Shown here: positions 1 to 7,067 of the stretch, piece by piece | Layout of the letters: every line of letters starts with the position of its first letter | Position numbering within the stretch: the first letter of the stretch is position 1 | Program-made: the position numbers and the translations under genes | NCBI GenBank assembly: GCA_945787525.1 | Contig: CALZJC010000012.1 | Span: forward strand, 1 to 21,992 | Direction of reading: 5' to 3' | Source: Thermoanaerobaculia bacterium | GTDB lineage: Bacteria > Acidobacteriota > Thermoanaerobaculia > Multivoradales > JAHEKO01 | Length of the DNA stretch: 21,992 nt | Notes under the pieces: model-generated | Seen by the model: only the letters and a program-made list of their open reading frames with translations | What the model was told of the DNA's origin: nothing | Database searches by the model: none

Positions 1-4
1 CCGC

Positions 5-625
5 TCAGCACTCGATGTCGAAGATCGCGTCCACCAGCTTGGCGTCGCGATGCACGAAAGGCACCCCGAGCAGACGCGGCTTGCCGAACTCGATCTCGTA
101 GCGCAGCTGCTTCAGGGTGTCGGGCCTCTCCACCTCGCTGGCGATCAGCGCGTAGTGGGCCAGCTTCTTGGCGTCGCCCACGCCGTAGCGGCCACCCAGC
201 AGCCGCTCGCCCAGCTTCTCGCCGAGCTCGGGCAGCTTCTCGGTATAGCGGCGCACCAGGGTCGTCACCGCCGGCAGCGGCGCGTGGAAGGCCGGCACGG
301 CGAAGGTGCCCCGGCCGCCGGACGACTCCTGCTGGTCGCCGCCGAGAAAGAAGCTCATCAGGCCGCGAAAACCGCCGCCCGTGGCGTCGCGCTGGTGCAT
401 GGTGATCGTGGCCGGCAGCAGCCAGAACGGCCGGTAGAGCTCGACGGCGACGTTGGGCAGCGCCACGAAGGCGACCTCCATCGGCACCAGGCTCTTCTCG
501 GCGGCGGCGAACCGGTAGCCGTTGCGGCAGGCGGTGCAGTAGTAGACCACGTCCTCGCCGTCCGCCTTCACCGCCGCGCCGCAGCTCGGGCAGTCCAGCG
601 GCACCAGCTCGTAACCGGCCCTCAC
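5..625 (-). CDS. Zinc-ribbon protein, third paralog of the triad downstream of the SPFH gene (about 206 aa). Predicted start is GTG at 625..623, overlapping the upstream stop in a GTGA. N-terminal CPSCG…YYCTAC zinc ribbon; no obvious TM segment.
   Basis: The minus-strand frame ends …AIFDIEC* with a TGA at 7..5. The supplied 495-aa ORF is read-through. I chose the internal start because the upstream gene's TGA (624..622) overlaps GTG in the sequence GTGAGG. C-x2-C…C-x2-C motif and an ELYRPFWLL motif echoing PMWLFR/LPFYRV in the two upstream paralogs. Confidence 0.55.
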   Translation of the reverse strand: MRAGYELVPLDCPSCGAAVKADGEDVVYYCTACRNGYRFAAAEKSLVPMEVAFVALPNVAVELYRPFWLLPATITMHQRDATGGGFRGLMSFFLGGDQQESSGGRGTFAVPAFHAPLPAVTTLVRRYTEKLPELGEKLGERLLGGRYGVGDAKKLAHYALIASEVERPDTLKQLRYEIEFGKPRLLGVPFVHRDAKLVDAIFDIEC

Positions 626-1749
626 CCGTAGATCTCCGGTACCTTGCCGGCCATGAGCTCGCGCACCGCCTCCCGGCGGCGGCTTCTGCTGGCCAGGACC
701 CTGACCGCCTGGCCGAGGTTGACCTCCTTGTGCGCCCCGGTGCCCTCTATCACCACGCCGCCGTAGCGGAACTTGCGCCAGCCCCACCAGAGCGCCGCCA
801 GCAGCGGCAGCCCGACGAAAAGCAGCACCTCGAAGCTGGCCGCGATCTGCATCACGGTGGTGCCGACAAACAGCGCCGCCGCCTGGGTGAGCACCAGCAT
901 GGCGGCGCGAAAGAAGTCGTTGCCCGGCGCCTTGCCGTAGGCCAGCGAGCCGTCCTCGGCATCCACCAGCACCTGGTACGAGCGGTCCCTGAAGCGATAG
1001 CGCACGACCCACAACGGGTAGTAGATGACCGTCAGGCGCTCGCGCAGCGTCTGCAGGAACTTGAAGCGCACCGAGTGCAGACCGCTGGACGGGTCGGCCA
1101 AACGCCGGAACTGCTCGAGGGCCGCCTCGCGCACCTCGGTCTCGGAGCCGGTGGGTGGGAAGACCATGCCCAGCCGATCGAGAGCATCGCTGTCGAACGG
1201 CATTAGCCGATCGCCGCGCAGGTCGACCTTCTGGATGCCCCACTCGGCCACGTTCAGGGCCGGGTAGGTGCGATCGAAGATCTTCTCCGCCCGCCGCTCG
1301 ACGTCGACATAGTACGTGGTGGTGGTGCGGTTCTTGCCGCTGCCGGTAGTGCGCTGGCGCTTCTCGGTGCCGAGGGCAAAGCCGACGCAGTCCGCCTCGA
1401 CACGATAGAACGGCAGAAAGCTGAGGAACGCCTCGCCGATGCGCGCCGCGGTGCGCAGCTTGGGGTTCTTGACGATCCCCTTGGAGAGCCACTGGCGGGC
1501 GATCCCGCGGGCCTTCTCGGCGTCGATCTGGGGCTCGACGGCCAGCCGCCGGATGCCGACCTCACTGGTCGCCAGCAGCGGCGTCTCGCAGAACGGGCAC
1601 TCGACCACCCGCAGTCCGGCATCCACCTCGAGGGTGCCGCCGCAGTTGGGACAGGAGAGGCCGGTGACCCGCGAGGAGAGCCCGTCCTCGGCCACCGGCA
1701 CGATCTCCGGTGTGGGCTCGTCGGCGGCGTGCTCGAGCGGCTCGCTCAT
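622..1749 (-). CDS. Zinc-ribbon protein with C-terminal transmembrane helices, second paralog (about 375 aa). N-terminal CPNCGG…CPFC ribbon, about 150-aa central insertion, two C-terminal TM helices.
   Basis: ATG at 1749..1747 overlaps the upstream TGA (1748..1746) as ATGA. The supplied ORF start at 1767 is an in-frame upstream Met inside the previous gene. Shares EKARGIARQW…LPFYRV and PLWVVRYRFRDRSYQVLVDAEDG motifs with the 1746..2516 protein. Hydrophobic stretches FRAAMLVLTQAAALFVGTTVMQIA and VLLFVGLPLLAALWWGW. Confidence 0.65.
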   Translation of the reverse strand: MSEPLEHAADEPTPEIVPVAEDGLSSRVTGLSCPNCGGTLEVDAGLRVVECPFCETPLLATSEVGIRRLAVEPQIDAEKARGIARQWLSKGIVKNPKLRTAARIGEAFLSFLPFYRVEADCVGFALGTEKRQRTTGSGKNRTTTTYYVDVERRAEKIFDRTYPALNVAEWGIQKVDLRGDRLMPFDSDALDRLGMVFPPTGSETEVREAALEQFRRLADPSSGLHSVRFKFLQTLRERLTVIYYPLWVVRYRFRDRSYQVLVDAEDGSLAYGKAPGNDFFRAAMLVLTQAAALFVGTTVMQIAASFEVLLFVGLPLLAALWWGWRKFRYGGVVIEGTGAHKEVNLGQAVRVLASRSRRREAVRELMAGKVPEIYG

Positions 1750-2516
1750 ACTTTGCGCGTCACCCACCAGGCGAGGAACAGCAACGGCACCGCGGTGAGC
1801 CCGAAGACGAAGAGCTTGATCACCGGGTTGGTGAGGACAAAGCCCTCGATGGTAAACAGGATCAGTCCCAGGATCGCCACCAGAACATAGGGGCTCTCGG
1901 CCTTCTCGGGATAGACCGAGGCCATCACCGCGCCGGTCGAGCCGTCGACCAGCGCCTCGTAGTCACGTCCCTTGAAGCTGTAGCGGCAGCGCCACAGCGG
2001 TACCTGGACGAGCGCCGTCTCCTCGGGCTCACCCACGCCGCGCTGATCCAGCCAGCCCCGCGCGGTCTCTAGCGGGATGGTGGCGCCGAGCGCCTCCACC
2101 TCGCCGCTCTCGCCGGAGTACGGCTGCAGCTTGCCGGCCGGCACCTTGAGGTCGGCGAGCTGCGGGATCGGGGTCGGCGCCGCCGGCTCGACGTAGGTCT
2201 CCTCGCTGCCGCCCCGGCGGACCCGGAAGAGCCACATCGGGAAGGAGACCGCCCGCAGCGCGCCGAGCGAGCTCTTCTTGTCCAGATCCTTGACCGTTTC
2301 GTTGCCCGCCATCCAGCGCCGCAGCGCCGCTCGAGCCTCGTCGGCGCCGAGCAGCGGCGGCAACCGGTAGTGGTTGACCACCCCGCCGCGATCGACGAAC
2401 AGCGTCGCGTCGCAGTACTGACAGCGGAACAGCCGCCGGCCTGAGGCGAGTTGGTTCTCGCCGCCGCACTGGGTGCAGCGGATGACGTTGGCGGTGGCCG
2501 GGGACGGGCTGCTCAT
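1746..2516 (-). CDS. Zinc-ribbon protein with two C-terminal transmembrane helices, first paralog (256 aa). MSSPSPATANVIRCTQCGG…FRCQYCD.
   Basis: ATG at 2516..2514 preceded by AAGAG. The supplied 624-aa ORF fuses this gene to the SPFH gene through a stop-free intergenic stretch. C-x2-C…C-x2-C ribbon; EARAALRRWMAG…FPMWLFRV and PLWRCRYSFKGRDYEALVDGSTG motifs. C-terminal hydrophobic segments YVLVAILGLILFTIEGFVL and IKLFVFGLTAVPLLFLAWWV. Confidence 0.65.
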   Translation of the reverse strand: MSSPSPATANVIRCTQCGGENQLASGRRLFRCQYCDATLFVDRGGVVNHYRLPPLLGADEARAALRRWMAGNETVKDLDKKSSLGALRAVSFPMWLFRVRRGGSEETYVEPAAPTPIPQLADLKVPAGKLQPYSGESGEVEALGATIPLETARGWLDQRGVGEPEETALVQVPLWRCRYSFKGRDYEALVDGSTGAVMASVYPEKAESPYVLVAILGLILFTIEGFVLTNPVIKLFVFGLTAVPLLFLAWWVTRKV

Positions 2517-2526
2517 CTCTTGAACG

Positions 2527-2605
2527 GGGACAGGCAGCTCATTTCGGAGCGGCACGAAGCTCTCGCTCCTGGAGGACGGCCGTTGCGAAATGAGGTGCCT
2601 GTCCC
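2527..2605. repeat. Compound inverted repeat or RNA hairpin in the intergenic gap between the SPFH gene and the first zinc-ribbon gene. Twenty-bp arms with 1 mismatch, 39-nt spacer containing an inner GGAGCG/CGCTCC hairpin.
   Basis: Plus-strand 2527-2546 is gggacaggcagctcatttcg and 2586-2605 is cgaaatgaggtgcctgtccc, its reverse complement apart from one C/G. Inner repeat ggagcg (2546-2551) and cgctcc (2564-2569); CGGCCG palindrome at 2577-2582. No U-tract follows on the minus-strand mRNA. Confidence 0.6.
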
Positions 2606-2620
2606 TTGCGTGCGCGTGCG

Positions 2621-3551
2621 CTAGCCGGCGGCCTTGGTCCCGCAACCCGGGCAGAAGCGCGCCCCCTCGGGCAGCTTGTTGCCACACTGATGGCCCCGGG
2701 TCGCCCTGCATCGCCTCTTTCATCATCTGCGGCAGCATCATGCCCATGCCGGCGCCCATGCCGACCCCCAGCCCGGCGCCGACGCCGCTGCCGGTCTCAC
2801 CGCCCGACTGCTGCGCCGCGTCGCCCATCGCCCTGGCCGCCTTGAACTTGAGGTACTCGTTCATGTCGCCGACCGCCGCCATACCGGTGCGCTCGTCGAT
2901 CATCTTCTGGACCTCTTCCGGCGGCGTGATGGCGCCGAGGAAGAAATCCACCAGCTCGATGCCGTACTTGACAAAGTCGTCGCCGACCCTGGCCTTGAGG
3001 CCCATGCCGAGCTCGTCGTAGACCTTGGGCAGCTCGAAGATCGAGCTCAGGTTCTCGCCCAGGAGATCGGTCAGCCGGGCCACGATGACGTCCTTGAAAT
3101 AGCCCTCGACGCCGTCGGTGGTGTAGAGCCCCTGGGTGCCGACCACCGTATTGACGAACAGCTGCGGGTTGTCGATGCGCACGGCGAACTTGCCGAAGGC
3201 GCGCAGCCGCACCATGGCCAGCTCCTTGTCGCGGTAGACGACCGGCTCCTTGGTGCCCCACTTGAGGTCGATGAAGGTCTTGCTGGAGGTGAACACCACC
3301 GCCGCCTGGAAAGGCGACTTGCCCTTGAACGGCAGGCCCAGGACCTTGGTCAGAAACGGCAGGTTCTGGGTGGCCAGGGTGTGGCGCCCCGGACCGAAGG
3401 TGTCGAGCGCTTTGCCGTCGCGGAAAAAGACCGCCTGCTGGCTCTCCTCCACGACCAGCTGGCTGCCGAGCTGGATCGCCTTGGTGCCCTGCGACGGCCA
3501 CCGCGCCACCATGGTCTGTCCGGTGGGGTCGACGTACTGGATGACTTCCAT
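2621..3551 (-). CDS. SPFH/Band-7 domain protein of the YdjI/COG4260 type, with a glycine/methionine-rich linker and a C-terminal zinc-ribbon tail. The coding sequence is interrupted by an apparent +1 frameshift near 2690-2700.
   Basis: ATG at 3551..3549 with a strong purine-rich RBS (GAGAGGGGAAAGAAAC). N-terminus MEVIQYVDPTGQTMVARWPSQG…GSQLVVEESQQAVFFRDGKALDTFGPGRHTLATQNLPFL matches the conserved SPFH/COG4260 core. GSGVGAGLGVGMGAGMGMM linker. In the SPFH frame there is no stop until 1746. One nucleotide further on, the frame reads QCGNKLPEGARFCPGCGTKAAG* with a TAG at 2623..2621. Confidence 0.8.
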
Positions 3552-3568
3552 GTTTCTTTCCCCTCTCT

Positions 3569-4096
3569 TCAGCCGTCGGTCTTGACGACGCCGCTGATGA
3601 CGTTCTTGCGCTCGGCCCACTTGTCGCCGAGAGTCGAGATGTGTGCCAGTGCCTGATTGCAGGCCTCCTGGGCGTCGCCCTGGCCGGGCAGCGGGATGGC
3701 GGCGACGTCGCCGGCCAGCCGCGCGATGTCCTCGACCAGCGACAGGTCGAACTGGTAGATCGCGTCGAGCTCGGGCTCGTTGATCTTGACCACGTCGAAG
3801 AAACCGCTCTGGCCGTAGTCGGCAAAACGGATCGCCTGCGACAGGCCGTCGAGGCGCCCGTCCATGCGGCCGAACAGGTAGAGGGCGCCGATCTGCCCGG
3901 CGTCGGTGTAGGCCTGCGCCTTACCCCGAACGGCCTTCTTGATCTGCCCCAGCTCCTTGGCCAGGTGCTCGCGCTGCAGCTTGTCCACCTCGCGCCGCAG
4001 CTCGCGGTCCTGGAAGCCCCGGAAGCCCGGGATCTTGTCCATCAGGCGCTCGAGCCAGTTGCGCCGCTCTTGCGCCTCTTCGAATCCTGTCGTCAT
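3569..4096 (-). CDS. Hypothetical protein, 175 aa; charged and helical N-terminal half (coiled-coil-like). First gene of the SPFH operon.
   Basis: ATG at 4096..4094 with GGAGGA 6 nt upstream. Its stop (3571..3569) lies 17 nt before the SPFH start. I recognise no family; the sequence is MTTGFEEAQERRNWLERLMDKIPGFRGFQDRELRREVDKLQREHLAKELGQIKKA…. Confidence 0.6.
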   Translation of the reverse strand: MTTGFEEAQERRNWLERLMDKIPGFRGFQDRELRREVDKLQREHLAKELGQIKKAVRGKAQAYTDAGQIGALYLFGRMDGRLDGLSQAIRFADYGQSGFFDVVKINEPELDAIYQFDLSLVEDIARLAGDVAAIPLPGQGDAQEACNQALAHISTLGDKWAERKNVISGVVKTDG

Positions 4097-4181
4097 TCGT
4101 AGTCCTCCTGCCGGGGCTCTCTACGGCGATGGAGCCGGCGTTATTCGCATCGAGGCCCGGATCGGCCGAAGACCGAAGATA
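4097..4181 (-). promoter_or_regulatory. Intergenic region between the VanZ-like gene and the SPFH operon. It is the presumed promoter/operator of the SPFH operon and contains a tandem heptamer CCGAAGA x2 (4166-4179) abutting a GATATC palindrome.
   Basis: An 85-nt non-coding gap sits upstream of a gene with a strong SD. The direct repeat ccgaaga ccgaaga is visible on the plus strand. I could not identify a convincing sigma70 -35/-10 pair. Confidence 0.25.
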
Positions 4182-4754
4182 TCACCCGGCGGCGGCCCGA
4201 TCGGCGCGCCGGGCCTCGGCCAGGGCGGCCAGGGCGCCGACGGCCATGACCGCCGCCAGCACATTGAGCCACACGTCGACCCGGTCGTAGTACCGGTTGG
4301 GCAGCAGGTACTGGATGCCCTCGTCGATCCAGCCGGCGAGACCGCTCACCAGGACGGCCAGCAGCCCTGGAAGCGCCGACCAGCGCATGCCGGCGCCGGG
4401 CCGGCGGCGCTCCAGCAGCGCGGCGTAGACCAGTCCGGCGAGCAGACCGTACTCGAGCAGATGAAAGCGCTCCTCGGGCATCCTGATCGGCCACAGGACC
4501 CCCAGATAGAGCACCCCGAACAGCGCCAGAACGGCGATCTCGCGCCGTCCCGGTGAGCGCGCCAGGCACCAGCGCAGGACGACCGCCGCCACCACCAGGA
4601 AAAGGGCGCCGATCGAGACGCGCAGCAGGCCGTGGTCGCGCAGCCAATTGGCCAGCGGACGGACCGAGTACAGCGACGCGTAGATCGCCGCGAGCAGACC
4701 GCCGGCCCCGAACCAGAGCCGGCGTTCGCGAGCGGATCGGACCGGCAGGGACAT
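4182..4754 (-). CDS. VanZ-like family integral membrane protein (190 aa).
   Basis: Four or five hydrophobic helices. C-terminal motif GWIDEGIQYLLPNRYYDRVDVWLNVLA matches the VanZ-family E-x2-Q…P-x-R…D…N signature. Confidence 0.6.
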   Translation of the reverse strand: MSLPVRSARERRLWFGAGGLLAAIYASLYSVRPLANWLRDHGLLRVSIGALFLVVAAVVLRWCLARSPGRREIAVLALFGVLYLGVLWPIRMPEERFHLLEYGLLAGLVYAALLERRRPGAGMRWSALPGLLAVLVSGLAGWIDEGIQYLLPNRYYDRVDVWLNVLAAVMAVGALAALAEARRADRAAAG

Positions 4755-4819
4755 CGGCCCCGAGTCTACCTGCGAGGGACCTCTGTCGCCGCCGCTGCCC
4801 CGCTACAATCGTGCTCGCC
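4755..4819. promoter_or_regulatory. Divergent promoter region between the VanZ-like gene (minus) and the DUF354 gene (plus). TACAAT -10-like hexamer at 4804-4809, only 2-11 nt before the candidate GTG starts, which suggests a leaderless mRNA.
   Basis: Plus-strand cgcTACAATcgtgctcgccGTGcgg. There is no SD before either GTG (4811 or 4820). A TAGACT -10-like hexamer lies on the minus strand just upstream of the VanZ-like ATG. Confidence 0.25.
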
Positions 4820-5857
4820 GTGCGGCTGCTGCTCGACATCACCCACCCGGCCCACCTGCACTTCTTCCGCCACCTGGTGACGAGGATGCGGCGGGAGGGA
4901 CACGAGGTCTATCTGGCCGGGCGGCACAAGGACGTCCTGCTCGAGCTGGCGGCCGGCTACGGCCTCGTGCTCGACGCCTTCGGCCGCGCCCGGCCGGGGC
5001 TGTTCAGCCTGGGTCGCGAGATGGTGGCGCGCCAGACGCGTCTCGTGCGCATCATTCGCCGCTTCCGGCCGCACGCCATGATGGCCGTCGCCGGCACCTT
5101 CATCGCTCTGCCGGGCTGGTTGAAGCGCATCCCGACCTACGTCTTCTACGACAGCGAGCACGCCACCGTCTCCAACCTGCTGTCCTACCCGTTCGCCACC
5201 TGCGTCTACGTGCCGCGCTGCTATCTGGGGTCGATCCGCTGGCGGCACGAGCGCTACGACGGCTACCAGGAGCTGGCCTATCTCCACCCGGACCGGTTCA
5301 CTCCCGACCCGTCGGTGCTGGCCGAGGCCGGCCTGGCGCCGGGCGAGCCGTTCACCCTGGTGCGCTTCGTCGCCTGGGCGGCCGGCCACGACATCGGCAA
5401 GGCAGGGCTCGGCCTGGAGCAGAAAGTAGACGCGGTGCGCCGGCTCGGTCGCCACGGGCGGGTCGTCATCTCGACCGAGGGCGAGCTGCCGGACGAGCTC
5501 GAGTCGATGCGGCTGCGGCTCGAGGTGACGCGGATCCACCACCTCATGGCCCACGCCGCGCTCGTCTTCGGCGAGGGGGCGACCATGATGTCCGAGGCGG
5601 CGGTCCTCGGCGTGCCCAGCGTCTATGTCAACCCGCTGACCGCCGGAACCCTGGAGGAGCAGGAGCGGCAATACGGAATTCTGTTCGGCTTCCGGCCGGA
5701 CGACTTCGAGGCGGCCGTGGTCAAGGCGGAGTCGATCCTCGCCGCTCCCGCTGCCGAGCGCTGGCGCGCCATCGGGCGACGCATCGCCGACGAGAAGATC
5801 GACGTCACCGAGCTGCTCTACCGGGTCGCCACCGAGCGACCCTACGCCCGGGCATGA
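4820..5857 (+). CDS. DUF354 family protein (predicted GT-B/epimerase-like fold, glycosyltransferase-associated), about 345 aa.
   Basis: N-terminal VRLLLDITHPAHLHFFRHLVTRMRREGHEVYLAGRHKD matches the DUF354 hallmark DITHP.H..FF…GHEV. The start is GTG at 4820 (or 4811); the supplied ORF start at 4553 lies antisense inside the VanZ-like gene. Stop TGA at 5855-5857. Confidence 0.6.
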   Translation: MRLLLDITHPAHLHFFRHLVTRMRREGHEVYLAGRHKDVLLELAAGYGLVLDAFGRARPGLFSLGREMVARQTRLVRIIRRFRPHAMMAVAGTFIALPGWLKRIPTYVFYDSEHATVSNLLSYPFATCVYVPRCYLGSIRWRHERYDGYQELAYLHPDRFTPDPSVLAEAGLAPGEPFTLVRFVAWAAGHDIGKAGLGLEQKVDAVRRLGRHGRVVISTEGELPDELESMRLRLEVTRIHHLMAHAALVFGEGATMMSEAAVLGVPSVYVNPLTAGTLEEQERQYGILFGFRPDDFEAAVVKAESILAAPAAERWRAIGRRIADEKIDVTELLYRVATERPYARA

Positions 5858-5899
5858 AGGTCGGCCGGCGGTGGCCCGAGCGAGCTGCCGACGGTCAAG
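5858..5899. terminator. Convergent intergenic region between the DUF354 gene (plus) and the GT gene (minus), with a weak 8-bp stem (1 mismatch) at 5860-5867 and 5885-5892. A possible bidirectional terminator with no U/A tract.
   Basis: The stem is gtcggccg … ctgccgac; there is also a direct repeat gacggtc x2 at 5890-5896 and 5904-5910. Confidence 0.2.
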
Positions 5900-7052
5900 C
5901 TAGGACGGTCGGGCGACGCTTGCGCCCAGCAGCTTCTCGTAGAGGGCAAGCCACGAGCCGATGACGTGCTCCCAGCCCGACAGCCGCCAGATGACTTCGG
6001 CGTTGCGGCGGCTCGCGGCCCGATGCTCGTCCAGACGCTCGAGCACCGAGATGAGCGTCGCGCCGAGCGACCCGATGTCGTCCACCCTGACCAGGTAGGC
6101 ACCGCGCTCCTCCAGCACCCTGTACGGGAGCCAGCGGCCGGCGATCACGATGCTGCCGGCGAAGAGATGCTCCTGCATCGCGCCGGAGAGCGCATCGCTC
6201 TTGTGCACGTTGATCATCACGTCGGCGGCCAGCCGCAGGCGAGCCAGGTCGGCGTCGCTCAGCGGCTGCTCGAAGAGCCGGTACGCCAGTCGTGAGCCGG
6301 TCAGGGCATGCCTGACCCGAGCCCGCGTGTCGGACCAGCCGTAGGTCAGCGGAAAGACAAAGACACACTCGGGAGGCAGGCGTGCTTCGACGCTATGGAG
6401 AGCGTCGAGGATCTTGTCGTGCTGCACGACCGGTGAAGCACTGTGGCCACAGACCACGATCCGCGCCTCGCTGGGCAGGTCCAGCGCGCGCCGCCACTGG
6501 CGCCTCGATTCCGCCTCGCGAAGCCGGCGCACCTCCTCCAGAATGGACAGGCCGAAACGGCACAGATGGATCTTCTCCTCCGGGGTGTCGGGATAGACGC
6601 GCAGGAAATCGTCGCGCACCTCGGGGTTGGAAAAGGTCAGCGCGTCGGCAGCTCGAAACAGCCCCTGCTTGAAGGTCCTTTCGAGGCGCCCGGCCTGGTG
6701 GAGATCGCTGCCCCAGATGCTCACTGCCAGCCTCTTCGCCAGCCTGCGGATGAGCGGCAGGTAGGGTCGATAGTAGGCGCCGGCAAAGTGCAGGTGGGCG
6801 ATCTCGTAACGGCCCGGGATCTCGAGGAGGGTGAGCGGCGCGCGCAGCCGCTTGTAGCCGAGGTGGAGCCCCGAAAGCTGGCTCAGGAAGCGGTCGAGAC
6901 GCGAGGACCGAAGAAGCTCGCGCCCGTCATCGGTCTCGAGGGAGCGGTCAAAGAGGTAGAGGCGGTCCAAAGCGACGCCCTGCCGCCGCAGGCGGGCGGC
7001 CAGCGAATCGATCAGGAAGCTCTGCTGGGACCGGATCAGCAGGACTCGCAAG
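5900..7052 (-). CDS. Glycosyltransferase-like protein, GT-B fold (GT4-like), about 383 aa.
   Basis: The likely start is TTG at 7052..7050 (LRVLLIRSQ…), with a GGGGG RBS, 15 nt after the upstream stop. The supplied ORF start at 7156 is S/T-rich read-through overlapping the upstream gene. The C-terminal half has an E-x7-G-like nucleotide-sugar binding region: ADVMINVHKSDALSGAMQEHLFAGSIVIAG. Confidence 0.5.
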
Positions 7053-7067
7053 GCGCCCCCGGGGCGA

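Noticed and set aside
5-1492. 495-aa ORF (5..1492) overlapping the 622..1749 gene.
   Set aside because: Upstream of 625 the frame overlaps the strongly supported zinc-ribbon/TM gene in another frame and translates to R/A/G-rich junk. A GTG overlapping the upstream TGA (GTGA) gives a sensible 206-aa product.
1746-3620. 624-aa ORF fusing the SPFH protein to the first zinc-ribbon protein.
   Set aside because: The connecting segment translates to low-complexity junk. The canonical zinc-ribbon tail and a TAG stop for the SPFH protein are present in the +1 frame. The downstream gene has its own ATG/RBS after a structured 100-nt gap. A fusion is less parsimonious than frameshift plus separate gene.
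4553-4819. N-terminal 89-aa extension of the DUF354 ORF, and the 233-aa ORF at 4141..4842.
   Set aside because: Both lie antisense to or out of frame with the VanZ-like gene and are Pro/Arg/Gly-rich. The DUF354 homology begins at VRLLLDITHP (4820).
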